The translations under genes were made by a program, and so were the position numbers. Below the pieces are notes generated by a model, which was not told the origin of the DNA, ran no database searches, and saw only the letters and a list, made by a program, of their open reading frames with translations. 32,000 nt of DNA from Formosa sp. Hel1_33_131 (GTDB taxonomy: Bacteria; Bacteroidota; Bacteroidia; Flavobacteriales; Flavobacteriaceae), in assembly GCF_001735745.1 (NCBI RefSeq), contig NZ_CP017260.1, positions 1,080,001 through 1,112,000 on the forward strand. The letters are read 5' to 3'. Below are positions 9,252-19,845 of this stretch, one piece after another. Within the stretch, counting starts at the first letter, position 1. Each line of letters starts with the position of its first letter.

Positions 9252-10757
9252 TTAATAAGTTGTGTTTTGTGTCCAGAGTCCATTTGAGAATTGAATTTCT
9301 TCAATTGGAATAGGAAATAATTCGTTTCTTCCAGCTACAAAGCCGTCTATTTCAGATGCTGCTTGACCTGTACGAACTAAATCAAAGAACCGATGTCCTT
9401 CTCCTACAAGTTCAACACGTCTTTCGTGATAGATTGCATCTGTAAGTGCTGTCCCTGAAGCAGACACATTATTAGTCGTATTTCCAAATGCACGTTCGCG
9501 TACTCTGTTTAAGTATAGTTGTGCTTTAGCATCATCAATACTTCCTCTGTTGTTCGCTTCTGCTGCCATTAACAATACATCTGCAAAACGAATCGATCTG
9601 TAGTTGTTTGGGTTTGTTAAATTTTGATCGCCCATATTTTGATCGCCTTGACGTGCAAGGTATTTTCTGTTGTAATAGCCTGTATGCTCATAACCAACTC
9701 CAAAAGTTGCTTGTGTTGTTGTTGCCCAAGCTTCAATGTCTAAAATAGAAACGTCTTTTCTAGAGTCTCCTGTTTCAAAAGCATCTACGGCTTCTTGAGT
9801 CGGTACATTAAAACTGTATCCAGAATCAAAAGTAGGTCCTGAATAGTTGCGAATTCCATTAAATCCAACGGCAATATTTCCTTCACTACATTGTAAACAA
9901 CCGAATCCTGCACCTTCAGCATCTGTATATTGTACTTCAAACACTGATTCTACATTATTCTCGCCTCCACTTTCAAAAATGGTAGCATAGTCTAATGCAA
10001 GATCGTAAGGTCCATTATTAATCACGTTGTCTAAAACAGTCGCAGCCTCTGTAAATTTGTTTTGATACAAATAGGCTTTTCCAAGTAACGCCTCTGCAGC
10101 TCCTTTAGTCACACGTCCTACTTGAGGAGCTGTGTATTCTAAGTTGTTAACTGCATAGGTCAAATCACTTTCAATAAGCGCATATACCTGAGCTGATGAG
10201 GATCTAGCAATCACTAGTTCATCGCCAGGAACAAAACGTTCTCCAGCACCCTCTAAAGCTGCTTCGTAATTTTTGATTGGAATTCCTCCAAACCATTTTA
10301 CCAATTCAAAATGGTAATAGGCTCTAAGGAAACGAGCTTCTGCAACCATAGCATCACGTCCGTCAAAGGCTGTTTTGTTTTGATTTTCTAAGAAGTAATT
10401 GGTTCTACTCACGCCTGCAAACATCCAGCTCCAAATATCTCTTAGGTTGCTGTTTACTTCGGTGTGTCCCATATCGTCAATTTGCTGAAAGCCTACAACA
10501 TCTGTTGCGCTTTCACCTCCACAGAGTGTGTTGTCTGAAGCAATTTCTCCTAAGAGTACATTTACGTAAGAAGCTTGTAGTAAATCATAAGCTCCAACGA
10601 GTGCTAAATAATAGTCTTCTTCCGAATTAAAGAAATTCTCAGAGTCAATATTATAATTTTCAGTTTCATCTAAGAATTCATCCGAACAGGAATAAATTCC
10701 AGTAGCAATTAGTGTAAACACTAGAATTGCAGATAGTATGTTTTTATTGTTTTTCAT
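9252..10757 (-). CDS. SusD/RagB-family nutrient-binding outer-membrane lipoprotein
   Basis: 501 aa. The lipobox is GIYSCSDEF, and TPR-like SusD signatures are present (RAYYHFELVKWFG, RFADVLLMAAEA). It lies immediately downstream of susC. Confidence 0.9.
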   Translation of the reverse strand: MKNNKNILSAILVFTLIATGIYSCSDEFLDETENYNIDSENFFNSEEDYYLALVGAYDLLQASYVNVLLGEIASDNTLCGGESATDVVGFQQIDDMGHTEVNSNLRDIWSWMFAGVSRTNYFLENQNKTAFDGRDAMVAEARFLRAYYHFELVKWFGGIPIKNYEAALEGAGERFVPGDELVIARSSSAQVYALIESDLTYAVNNLEYTAPQVGRVTKGAAEALLGKAYLYQNKFTEAATVLDNVINNGPYDLALDYATIFESGGENNVESVFEVQYTDAEGAGFGCLQCSEGNIAVGFNGIRNYSGPTFDSGYSFNVPTQEAVDAFETGDSRKDVSILDIEAWATTTQATFGVGYEHTGYYNRKYLARQGDQNMGDQNLTNPNNYRSIRFADVLLMAAEANNRGSIDDAKAQLYLNRVRERAFGNTTNNVSASGTALTDAIYHERRVELVGEGHRFFDLVRTGQAASEIDGFVAGRNELFPIPIEEIQFSNGLWTQNTTY

Positions 10758-10768
10758 CGTGCTTTAGT

Positions 10769-13700
10769 TTAAAATGAAACATTTAGTCCAAGAATATATT
10801 GTCTAACGGCTGGATAGAATCCACTATCAATACCGCCCCCAATGGCAGCACCATTTGTGGCTGCAGGGTCAAATCCTTTGTACTTCGTAAAAGTAAAAGC
10901 ATTGTTAACGGAAGTGTAAATTCTTACTTTAGACATCCCTATTTTTTGGAGGAGGTCTTCTGGTAAGCTGTATCCCAACTGAATGTTTTGGATACGAACA
11001 AATGAAGCATCTTCTACAAAGAAGTCAGAAAATAATTTATTAGTCGTAGCTCCTGTGGTCGCTCTAGGAACTGTATTGCTGGTTCCTGGACCTGTCCAAC
11101 GGTCTAAGTAATAATCAAGCCGGTTCACTCTGGGTTGGTCACGCTCATAATTACGCACCATTTCCTTACCTATTTCCGCATAGGTATAGGCACTAAAATC
11201 AAAGTCCTTGTAGTTGATTGAGAAGTTAAAGCCCATAAAATAATCGGCTAAAGGTTTTCCAATAAATGTTCTGTCATCGGCGTCAATTTTATTATCCCCA
11301 TTGACATCTACATAACGAATGTCTCCTGGCGCTGCTGCATAACCCAATCCTTCTTGAGTTGGATGGGCATTGACTTCGGCTTGGTTCTGAAAGATTCCAT
11401 TCGTTTGAAGTCCGTAAAAAGATCCTATTGGTTGACCAACGGTCATTATTGAGGGTAGCAAAGGCTGTCCTACTCCAAAAGATCCACCCGTAGGAGAAAC
11501 ATCTCCGATGATGTTAATGACTTCCCCTTTTATCTTAGTTACATTGTAGCTTACATTAAAGGATAGGTTTTCAGAAATATTATCGCTGTAGCTTAACAAC
11601 AACTCATAACCTTCTGATCGTGTAGTACCAGCATTAACTGTTGGAGCTGAAGAGCCTGGAGCAGTCGTTCCTAAAATTCCCGAAACTGGCAGGTTTTCAA
11701 TCAACAAATCCACTCGGTCTTCTAAGAAGTAATCTGCTACAATTTCTAATTTATTATTAAATAATTTAGCGTCCAGTCCAATGTCTAATTTTTCAGCTGT
11801 TTCCCATTGTGCAATTTTATTTGGAAGTTTTCCAAGCGCTTGACCATTGGATAAAGTACCATCAAATACGTAGGTTGCTTCTCCAGATAGTAATGCCTTG
11901 TATAAATCGGCACCAACAAGATTTCCTAGTGTTCCGTAACTTCCTCTTAACTTCAAGAAATCAATTGTTTGATTGTCTTTCAAAAAGTTTTCTTCTGAAA
12001 TTTTCCATCCAGCAGTGACCGATTTAAAGTAATCGATTCTGTAATCATTATCAAAGGCTGAAGATCCATCACGACGTACCATCGCAGACAATAAGTACTT
12101 CCCTTTAAAGTCGTATTGAAGACGTCCAAAATAAGACAACAAACGGTTGTCATAAGTATAAGAACTAGTATCATTACCTGTGCCTAAACCTGTTGTCTGT
12201 GAAATATCTGCAAAATCCCATGAATTGTAAGGGACGTCATAACCTGTTCCAGATAAACCATCACCCCAATTTTTGACAACGGTCATACCAACAGTTGTTT
12301 CAATGTTATGTTTATCTGCAATTGATTTTTTGTACGTTGCAAAAGAATCCCATGTGTAAGAGTCGTATTGATTTCGACCTTGATTGACGGTACTTCGAGT
12401 TGTATTAAATACTTTTCCTGATCCGTAATTTACAATCGGTGAAAAAGACTTGCTTTTATCGCTATAGGTTTTAAACCCGATTCTAGAGGTTACTTTTAAA
12501 GCATCTGTAAGTTTGTATTCTAATTGGAAGTTTCCTTCAATACTGCTTCCAGAATAGGAATTGTAAGTGTCTCTAATTTGAGACAATGGATTGATGATTT
12601 CATTTCCAAATAAAGGCGCATCAGATCCAAACACTCCCCCAACATCTTCTTGATCTAAAGTAAATAATGGCGAATAACTAATCGCATTAAATAATACCGA
12701 ACCTAAACCTGATTCGTTGATTGATTTTCTACTGTTAGAAAAGTAATTAAGATTTAAAGTCGTCTTTAAGCGGTCATTCACGTCCACGCCTAAGTTTAAC
12801 TTTATGTTATCTCTTACATAGTTTGACTTGTCTGGAGCAATGATTCCATCTTGGTCTAAATGGGTTGCACTTAAATAATACGTAATTTTTTCTGTACCTC
12901 CAGATAAACTTAGATTATGGTTAATCAATAGTGCTTCATCAAAAATTTGATCTTGCCAATCTAACCCTTCACCTAAACCACTTAGGTTGGTGTGAGGCAA
13001 ACTTTGTCCATTGGCTGCGTAACTTTCATTGACCAAGGCAGCATACTCCGTACCGTTAAGTAAGGAAAGTTTTTTGGTTGTTTGTTGTACGGCTGCAAAG
13101 GCATTGTAAGATACTTTAGGCGCCGTATTTTTCTTTCCATTTTTAGTTGTTACTAATATAACTCCATTAGCTCCCTGAATTCCATAAATAGCCGCTTGCG
13201 CATCTTTCAATACTGTAAGACTTTCAATATCATTTGGATTCAGACTGTTAAGACTTGATACTATATATCCATCTACAACTAATAAAGGGTCGTTACTAGA
13301 GTTACTACTAACCCCTCTAATTAAGAATTTAAATCCACTTCCTGGCGATCCTGACGCCGAAGAGACAGAAACTCCCGTTGTGGTTCCCTGTAATGCTTGA
13401 GAAACATCTACAGGTTTTAATTTTTCAATTGTTTCAGCGCCTACAAATGACACTGATCCCGTCACATCTTTCCTATTTTTGGATCCATATCCAATCACAA
13501 CAATCTCATCAAGAGATTCGTTGTCTTCGTCTAAAGAAACATCCATGTTTGCCGACGCTGGTAATTCTTTAGTCTCAAACCCTATATAGGTAAAGACTAA
13601 GGTTGCATTCGGTTGTACATTTGTGATGGTGAAATTTCCATCGAAATCGGACACAGCTCCAGTGCTTGTGTCTTTAACTATGACGTTTACTCCTATAAGA

Positions 13701-13810
13701 GGAAGACCATCAGCGCTAGATTTCACTGTACCGCTTACTGTCGAATTTTGGGCGGATGCTGTAAAAGCAAATGCTAAAGTCATCAGTGCGGAATAAAATA
13801 TTTTTTTCAT
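10769..13810 (-). CDS. SusC-family TonB-dependent outer-membrane transporter
   Basis: 1013 aa. It has a signal peptide, a carboxypeptidase-regulatory-like N-terminal domain (VSGTVKS..GLPLIGVNV), a plug region (IESLTVLKDAQAAIYG) and the C-terminal barrel ending LGLNVSF. Confidence 0.9.
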   Translation of the reverse strand: MKKIFYSALMTLAFAFTASAQNSTVSGTVKSSADGLPLIGVNVIVKDTSTGAVSDFDGNFTITNVQPNATLVFTYIGFETKELPASANMDVSLDEDNESLDEIVVIGYGSKNRKDVTGSVSFVGAETIEKLKPVDVSQALQGTTTGVSVSSASGSPGSGFKFLIRGVSSNSSNDPLLVVDGYIVSSLNSLNPNDIESLTVLKDAQAAIYGIQGANGVILVTTKNGKKNTAPKVSYNAFAAVQQTTKKLSLLNGTEYAALVNESYAANGQSLPHTNLSGLGEGLDWQDQIFDEALLINHNLSLSGGTEKITYYLSATHLDQDGIIAPDKSNYVRDNIKLNLGVDVNDRLKTTLNLNYFSNSRKSINESGLGSVLFNAISYSPLFTLDQEDVGGVFGSDAPLFGNEIINPLSQIRDTYNSYSGSSIEGNFQLEYKLTDALKVTSRIGFKTYSDKSKSFSPIVNYGSGKVFNTTRSTVNQGRNQYDSYTWDSFATYKKSIADKHNIETTVGMTVVKNWGDGLSGTGYDVPYNSWDFADISQTTGLGTGNDTSSYTYDNRLLSYFGRLQYDFKGKYLLSAMVRRDGSSAFDNDYRIDYFKSVTAGWKISEENFLKDNQTIDFLKLRGSYGTLGNLVGADLYKALLSGEATYVFDGTLSNGQALGKLPNKIAQWETAEKLDIGLDAKLFNNKLEIVADYFLEDRVDLLIENLPVSGILGTTAPGSSAPTVNAGTTRSEGYELLLSYSDNISENLSFNVSYNVTKIKGEVINIIGDVSPTGGSFGVGQPLLPSIMTVGQPIGSFYGLQTNGIFQNQAEVNAHPTQEGLGYAAAPGDIRYVDVNGDNKIDADDRTFIGKPLADYFMGFNFSINYKDFDFSAYTYAEIGKEMVRNYERDQPRVNRLDYYLDRWTGPGTSNTVPRATTGATTNKLFSDFFVEDASFVRIQNIQLGYSLPEDLLQKIGMSKVRIYTSVNNAFTFTKYKGFDPAATNGAAIGGGIDSGFYPAVRQYILGLNVSF

Positions 13811-13993
13811 GAATATTGGTTTGTTTTGGTTTACTGTAAATCTAAAACAACTAATTACATAATTTGTTTAAATAACCTCAACAAATGTTATACAAAATAA
13901 AAAAATGTCTGATGTTTAGTGAAATGGCAATATTATAGGGTAAAAAATATTGATTAACAAAATATGGTAAATGTTAAACAAAAGAAATTTGTC

Positions 13994-14001
13994 CAAATGT
14001 A
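13994..14001 (-). promoter_or_regulatory. Only TAnnTTTG match in the susC upstream region
   Basis: The reverse complement is TACATTTG, 184 nt upstream of the susC ATG. A long leader would be required. Confidence 0.2.
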
Positions 14002-14039
14002 GTGGATTTGTATGGGTAAAAAAGCGAGCTGTAGGGTTA

Positions 14040-16844
14040 TTATATTTCTAAAATATAATTTGTTAAGCTAGATTCATGGGGTAAATCCATTTTTTTTCGC
14101 AAACGATATCGTTTTACCTCTACACTTCTCGGGGATATATTTAGCAGTGGCGCTATCTCTTTAGAGGATAGATTTAGTCGTAAGTAGGCGCACAAACGAA
14201 GGTCATTTGGGGTGAGTACTGGGTGCTTTTCTTTGATAAGTTTTAGAAAGTCTTTGTCCGCATTGTTAAAGGCTTCTTCAAATAGCTTCCAATCGTCTGT
14301 ATTGTTTAGATTTTTATCAATAATCCTGATTACCTTCTTGATATCCTGTTGATTATCTTTTTCCTTTAATTCACTTTTGATGCTATTCAAGAACTCGTTC
14401 TTTTTAATCAAACTCATTGTAGAGACTGCCAACTCTCGATTCTTACTTTCAATGTCAAGTTTCAGTTTCTCGTTGGTTAACTGCATGAATTTTTGAGAGG
14501 TTTCAAGTTCTTTGAGTGCAAGTTGTTCGTGAGATTTCTGAAGAAGTTGTTGTTGTTGTTTTCTGTAATACCGTTTGTATAGGTTATGGATTAGGATCCA
14601 TAAAATAATAAAAAAGATTACATAAAGAGTTATTGCAGCATTTGAAAGGTGCCAGGGGCGGTTGATAACAAAAGAATAGGAGGCGGTATTGAGAGTTTCG
14701 GAATTCCCTATTTTCCCTTTAACTTTAAACTCATAACTCCCAAAAGGCAGGTTTTCAAATACTTGTTGGGATTCAGCTTGCCAATCCGACCAAGAATTGG
14801 ACCACCCTATTAGCTTGTAAGAATATTTTTTACTGACTACATTGTCGTAGTGAGGAATGCTGTAATTAATATAAATATTATTGTTTTCGGAGTCTAAAAT
14901 CTTTGGATCTGTAGAGTTGAGTCGAAATTTATCTTCATTAATTTTACTGGCCTCAACAGAGTTGATTTTTAAATTATAAAGGTGATTTGGTTTTGGTGTG
15001 TCTGAATTAAAAATAAAATAACCATAAGCAGAGCCTAGAAGATACTCATCTGTCCCAATTTTTGTGAGGTTCTCGAAACCAGAAACAACCTTTTTAAAGT
15101 TTGATATCGCAACTGGAATGATTTCAACTTTTGGTGTTTGCGTAACACTTCCTGCACTAATGATTAAAATATTGTCATCTGCAAAGCACCATTTAAGTCC
15201 CTCAGAGTCCTTGACATCCATAATGGTGGTACGTGTTGAGTACTCTTTTAAGACTTCTTTGAAAGGCTCTGATTCAATGAAGGAATGATCTGTAGGATTG
15301 AATTTGTAAACATCTTCAGACGAGGTGTAATAATAGTTTTTAGAGAATTTTAGAAAGTTGGAGCCATTACCCTTGGTGATTGGAGTAATATTAGAAACTT
15401 TAGAGACCTCAGTTAAATCTTTGTTTAAAGTGAGCTCATATAAACCTCTTAATTCATGGTTCACATATATTTGATCTCCTATGTGTTGATAAAAACGACT
15501 TGAGATATCAAACCCTTTAATTTTATTCCTATAACGCCACCGCCCTTCCGTTTTCTCTAAAAGGCTTAAGCCGTTATAATTTCCTTGTAATATGATGTTT
15601 GGGTTCTCTTTAAGGAGTTTAAAGTCCCACGTTCCAAGGGATTGACCTATACTGTATTGTAGTTTTTGGTTTTTGATGAGTAAGGTTCCGCGGTCATGTC
15701 CACAGAAAATTTGGTTGTCAATAACCTTAAGATTCCACACTTGACCATTTGTACCCTCTATAAAAGTAAAGCCAGAGTTCTTGTCTCTCCGTTTATAAAA
15801 CAGTCCTTGATTTGTCCCTAAGTATAAATAATCTTCAAATAGCACAGAAGTATAGACGGTACCGATGGCTCCTTTTGTATCGTTACAAATAATAAACTGA
15901 GAGGACAGATTTATATGGCTAATTCCAATATCAAGCCCTAGCCATAAGTTATTTTGGTAGTCTTCAAAAACAGATAATACCGTATTATTACTGAGACCCT
16001 TCTCAAAGTTAAGATCATATTTAAGCATCCCGTTTGGACTTAGGTGGTACAGTCCGTTGGAAACAGTCCCTATAACAATACTGTTGTCACTTAACTTAGT
16101 GGTGCTGTATATTGTAAGTGAATTCAGGTCAACTTTAGGGTCTATTTTCCATGGGGTTAGTTTCTTGTTTTCTAGGAGATAAAACCCATTGGATGCCGTG
16201 ATAATTAATAATTGGTTATTAAGCTCAAATACGCCCACAAGGTTATTAGATGTCAACCTTACATCTTCACTAACAAGCTCAACATTTCCATCAATTATTT
16301 TATAAAATCCTTTATTTAGCTGGTTAAAAAACAAGACCCCTTCCACCTCAAATATATTTGAGATGACATGATCAGATTCTATAAAAGTTGTTTCTTTTGT
16401 GAGTTCGTTCACTAAATAAATCCTGGAAAGAGATTGAAAAATTAACCAATCATCTAATTTAATAATGTCCCAAAACTGTTCGTCTTCGTCTAACTCAATA
16501 CCTAATTGCTGTACTAAAGAGGTGTACTCTAAGATGCTTTTATTATTTCGTTTCCAAACACCAAAATCCATATAACTCCCTGTGTAAATTAAGTCGTCAA
16601 TTGCCTTTACCGATCTTACAATAGAGTTGTCTGGGACTGGATAAAGTTTCCAATTCATACCATCATACTCCAATAATCCGGAGTTATTGGCAAAATACAT
16701 GGTTTGATCCGAGGTCTGAGAAATACTCCAGTTTTGATTTTGAGCAGCATAGGCATCTGGATTATAAGCCATTACAGGAGGGTGCTCTTGGGCAGAAATC
16801 ACCAAAGAGGCTAATAAAACTAATATATACTTAATAATCCTCAT
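14040..16844 (-). CDS. One-component PUL regulator with the order periplasmic beta-propeller, Y_Y_Y domain, TM helix, coiled coil, LuxR-type HTH
   Basis: I chose the start MRIIKYILVLLASLVISAQ. The Y_Y_Y motif is YSYKLIGWSNSWSDW...GSYEFKVKG and the TM segment is ITLYVIFFIILWILI. The C-terminal LTPNDLRLCAYLRLNLSSKEIAPLLNISPRSVEVKRYRLRKKM is a LuxR/GerE HTH. Confidence 0.85.
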   Translation of the reverse strand: MRIIKYILVLLASLVISAQEHPPVMAYNPDAYAAQNQNWSISQTSDQTMYFANNSGLLEYDGMNWKLYPVPDNSIVRSVKAIDDLIYTGSYMDFGVWKRNNKSILEYTSLVQQLGIELDEDEQFWDIIKLDDWLIFQSLSRIYLVNELTKETTFIESDHVISNIFEVEGVLFFNQLNKGFYKIIDGNVELVSEDVRLTSNNLVGVFELNNQLLIITASNGFYLLENKKLTPWKIDPKVDLNSLTIYSTTKLSDNSIVIGTVSNGLYHLSPNGMLKYDLNFEKGLSNNTVLSVFEDYQNNLWLGLDIGISHINLSSQFIICNDTKGAIGTVYTSVLFEDYLYLGTNQGLFYKRRDKNSGFTFIEGTNGQVWNLKVIDNQIFCGHDRGTLLIKNQKLQYSIGQSLGTWDFKLLKENPNIILQGNYNGLSLLEKTEGRWRYRNKIKGFDISSRFYQHIGDQIYVNHELRGLYELTLNKDLTEVSKVSNITPITKGNGSNFLKFSKNYYYTSSEDVYKFNPTDHSFIESEPFKEVLKEYSTRTTIMDVKDSEGLKWCFADDNILIISAGSVTQTPKVEIIPVAISNFKKVVSGFENLTKIGTDEYLLGSAYGYFIFNSDTPKPNHLYNLKINSVEASKINEDKFRLNSTDPKILDSENNNIYINYSIPHYDNVVSKKYSYKLIGWSNSWSDWQAESQQVFENLPFGSYEFKVKGKIGNSETLNTASYSFVINRPWHLSNAAITLYVIFFIILWILIHNLYKRYYRKQQQQLLQKSHEQLALKELETSQKFMQLTNEKLKLDIESKNRELAVSTMSLIKKNEFLNSIKSELKEKDNQQDIKKVIRIIDKNLNNTDDWKLFEEAFNNADKDFLKLIKEKHPVLTPNDLRLCAYLRLNLSSKEIAPLLNISPRSVEVKRYRLRKKMDLPHESSLTNYILEI

Positions 16845-16956
16845 AATGATTCGAAAGGCACAAGGTAATGAAAATTTGAAATTTAAGCTAATAGCAACGA
16901 AGGATAACACTATAAAACCATCGGAGATGTCAATAGCGCTACTCTAAGAATCAAGA

Positions 16957-17718
16957 TTACTTAATGTTTAAAAAGGATACTAAATCCTCTTTTCTTCGTT
17001 TGGCAACGGGCAATATAAGATTGCCAATTAACTCGCAGTTACTGCCATCGGCATTATTGATGTTTACAATATACTTAAGGTTTATCAAGTATTTTTTATG
17101 GATTCTAAAAAAATACCTTGGAGCTAAAATCTTATCATACTCTCCAATGTTTTTAGAAACAAAAAAGGTTGTCTTGTCAATTAGATGAATTATAGTGTAT
17201 CTTCCATCTGATTCAAAGTATAAAATATCATCTATCTTAATGAAGTCGATTTTTTTTGTGGAAGGAATTGCAATAAAATTATAATCAGAAGTTTTGGCTT
17301 CAATAGAAATTTTGGCAGATTCTAATTGAGGGTTGGTCGTAAAGAGTTTGTTCTTAAGATTGTCTTCAAGTGTTTTTACTGTTGTCATCAAATCCTTTGG
17401 ATCAATTGGCTTTAGAAGAAAATCAATGGCATTAAATTTGAAGGCGGATACTGCATACTCCTGAAAAGCTGTTATAAACACCGCGGAATAATCCTCATAA
17501 TCTATACCTTCAAGCACATCGAACCCCGTGCCGTCTTGCATCACAATGTCTAAGAAAATAAGTTTGGGTTGTAAGTCGTTGATTGTAGTGATTGCACTCT
17601 CAACAGTAGTAGCGATTGCTATTACTTCAATTATAGGGCAATATTTATCTAAATAAATGTTTAATAATTCATTGTTTTTAATTTCGTCATCGACGAGTAC
17701 AGCACTGATTTTTGACAT
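16957..17718 (-). CDS. LytR/AlgR-family response regulator (REC + LytTR DNA-binding domain)
   Basis: 253 aa. The receiver domain reads AVLVDDE...IFLDIVMQDGTGFD. The C-terminal LytTR-like region reads IDDILYFESDGRYTIIHL...LAPRYFFRIHKKYLINL. Confidence 0.85.
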   Translation of the reverse strand: MSKISAVLVDDEIKNNELLNIYLDKYCPIIEVIAIATTVESAITTINDLQPKLIFLDIVMQDGTGFDVLEGIDYEDYSAVFITAFQEYAVSAFKFNAIDFLLKPIDPKDLMTTVKTLEDNLKNKLFTTNPQLESAKISIEAKTSDYNFIAIPSTKKIDFIKIDDILYFESDGRYTIIHLIDKTTFFVSKNIGEYDKILAPRYFFRIHKKYLINLKYIVNINNADGSNCELIGNLILPVAKRRKEDLVSFLNIK

Positions 17719-17955
17719 AATAAATTAAGATAAGAACGCGATTTAGTGACTCAAATAATACATAATGTATAACTACTCAAAGAACAATTAGTTAAAAATT
17801 TATTATACTCTAGATAAGTAGGTTACAATACAAAAATAGGGAAAATAACTTAAAAACTATTAAAAAAGCCTTGAAACTACTATAAAACACTATAATAAGG
17901 TGAATTCATTTGTTCTTAAAAAGTAATTGTGTAACTTTAGTTTTTGTTTAGCAAA

Positions 17956-19770
17956 ATGGATGATTTAATGAAAATTTTAAGATCAATTTGGGCAATAACA
18001 AGTATTAGCTTGTTAAGTGTGTGTACGAATTGGATAAATGCTCAGAAAGCCACTACAAGAGATGCGTTTATTGAAAAAATAAATGCATCTCTTGACAATC
18101 AAAACACTCAGAACTCTGATAGTATCTTCAATAAGCTTAGAAATGAGGCTTGGTCTTTAAAAGAAGATTCTCTTTTTGTAGATCTCACATTTCAGCAAAT
18201 AGAAAAAAACAAAGGCTCGGTGGATGTTTTGGAAGACCTGATGATTAAAGAGTACGAGTACTTAAAAAATCACCCTAGACTTCTCCTTCTTTGTTATCTC
18301 AATATGAGTGAATTCTATTTATCTCAATACAATTCATCAAAAGCCTCTATAGGTCTTAGTAAATATTATTCTAATCGCTATTTTGAAATTCTAAAAACAA
18401 TTCCTTTTAACGATAACGATATTCGATTGCATCAAAAACACAGACTACACTATTTGCAAAAAACACAAAATGATAGTCTGTTATATTACCTGAACACATA
18501 CGACCTCCCAAAACAAACAAAAAATTTAATATTGACACGATGGTATCGGTCTCAAAACAATCACAAAAAAGAACTGATTCATGCCAAAAAAAGTGAGCAT
18601 ACCCATGAACTTTTGGTTGCGTATCGAAATAACCTACAACTCTCTAAAGTGGACAGTCTATTCCCTATCCTCTTAGAGAAATTTAAAGGGAAAAACAGTT
18701 TCAACGAACATATTTTATACCTCAATATGGGACATCGCTATGCCTTAGAACGTCGCTTTGGCACAGCCGACAAGATGTACCTTAAAGCATTGAACTATTT
18801 TGAAGACAATAAAAAAATGTATCAACTCCATGAATCCTTGGAGGCAATTATTGATGTTAAAACACATAGTGGTGATATAAGTGCATTCAAATTTTACAAC
18901 ACGAAGTTAAGTTCCCTTAAACAACAGCAACACGATAAACAATTACTCGTAATTGAAAAGTATTTAAGTTTTGTGAAAGATGTTACAGACTTAGAGGCGA
19001 AGACAAAAAAGAAAGCTGATAAACTAGAAAAAGAACAATCTAAAAATGACCTCAAGTACCAAAAAACAATAACATCTGTTGGGCTTGCATTCTTCTTAGT
19101 GTTTTCGATTTTTATATTTTTTTATTTTCAAAGTGTAAAAGAAAGAGAGTCTTTGGAATATAAGAACGAAAAAATGAAAGTTGATGTATTGAGATCAAAG
19201 TTTAAACCTCACTTCACATTTAACGCATTATCTGTCATCAATTATTTTATCGCCAAAAAAGATATTGAAAGCGCTTCTAATGCACTTACAAAAATGGCGA
19301 CGCTGTTACGGTCTACACTTGATAATATGAGTAAAGATTTAGTATCCTATCAGTCCGAATATAATATCTGTAAGGATTATATGTATTTAGAGCTGTTACG
19401 GTTTTCAGATAGATTTGAGTGTAATATTATGGATCTTAACGACCCAATTATTAAGGGGTGGAAAGTCCCTCCTGGGATTATAGAGCCTTTTTTAGAAAAT
19501 TCTGTAAATCATGCCTTTAAGGGTGTGAAAAGTAAGGGATTAATTTCTCTAACACATCAAATAGAGAAAAACTGTTTAGTGATCTGTGTGAAAGACAATG
19601 GTGTGGGGATTGATACAGAAAAAATGTATTCTGAAAAATTACATGGAATGAAAATCACTAAAGACGTTATAAAAGCAACCTCAAAGCTTTACAAGACTCC
19701 CATAAAATTTGAAATAAAATCAGATGGCGGTACAGTTGTAACTCTTACTGTCCCTCTGTTAAAGTCATAA
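17956..19770 (+). CDS. Sensor histidine kinase, LytS/YehU-type (PF06580-like His_kinase + HATPase_c) with a large extracytoplasmic helical-repeat domain
   Basis: It has a signal/TM segment (ILRSIWAITSISLLSV), a roughly 350-aa helical-repeat (TPR-like) region and a TM segment (VGLAFFLVFSIFIFFYF). These are followed by LRSKFKPHFTFNALSVINYFI and the ATPase N/G boxes (ENSVNHAF, DNGVGID). The start is ATG at 17956 or 17968; the track ORF opens at TTG 17944. Confidence 0.8.
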   Translation: MDDLMKILRSIWAITSISLLSVCTNWINAQKATTRDAFIEKINASLDNQNTQNSDSIFNKLRNEAWSLKEDSLFVDLTFQQIEKNKGSVDVLEDLMIKEYEYLKNHPRLLLLCYLNMSEFYLSQYNSSKASIGLSKYYSNRYFEILKTIPFNDNDIRLHQKHRLHYLQKTQNDSLLYYLNTYDLPKQTKNLILTRWYRSQNNHKKELIHAKKSEHTHELLVAYRNNLQLSKVDSLFPILLEKFKGKNSFNEHILYLNMGHRYALERRFGTADKMYLKALNYFEDNKKMYQLHESLEAIIDVKTHSGDISAFKFYNTKLSSLKQQQHDKQLLVIEKYLSFVKDVTDLEAKTKKKADKLEKEQSKNDLKYQKTITSVGLAFFLVFSIFIFFYFQSVKERESLEYKNEKMKVDVLRSKFKPHFTFNALSVINYFIAKKDIESASNALTKMATLLRSTLDNMSKDLVSYQSEYNICKDYMYLELLRFSDRFECNIMDLNDPIIKGWKVPPGIIEPFLENSVNHAFKGVKSKGLISLTHQIEKNCLVICVKDNGVGIDTEKMYSEKLHGMKITKDVIKATSKLYKTPIKFEIKSDGGTVVTLTVPLLKS

Positions 19771-19807
19771 AAAAGCATTACACTAAATTTAGTGTAATGC
19801 TTTTTTT
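19769..19807. terminator. Bidirectional rho-independent terminator between convergent genes
   Basis: A perfect 26-nt palindrome gcattacactaaatttagtgtaatgc lies at 19775-19800, flanked by A5 on the left and T7 on the right. It starts right at the kinase stop codon. Confidence 0.8.
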
Positions 19808-19845
19808 ATGCGATTTGATTATTGTTTTTTAAGCTGTTCTATGTT

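Noticed and set aside
19775-19800. The terminator palindrome here and the inverted repeat at 31787-31825 both contain TTACACTAA / TTAGTGTAA arms.
   Set aside because: The arms are in opposite arrangement, the loops and flanks differ, and only 9 nt are shared. I treat this as coincidence between AT-rich hairpins unless a genome-wide search shows a repeat family.
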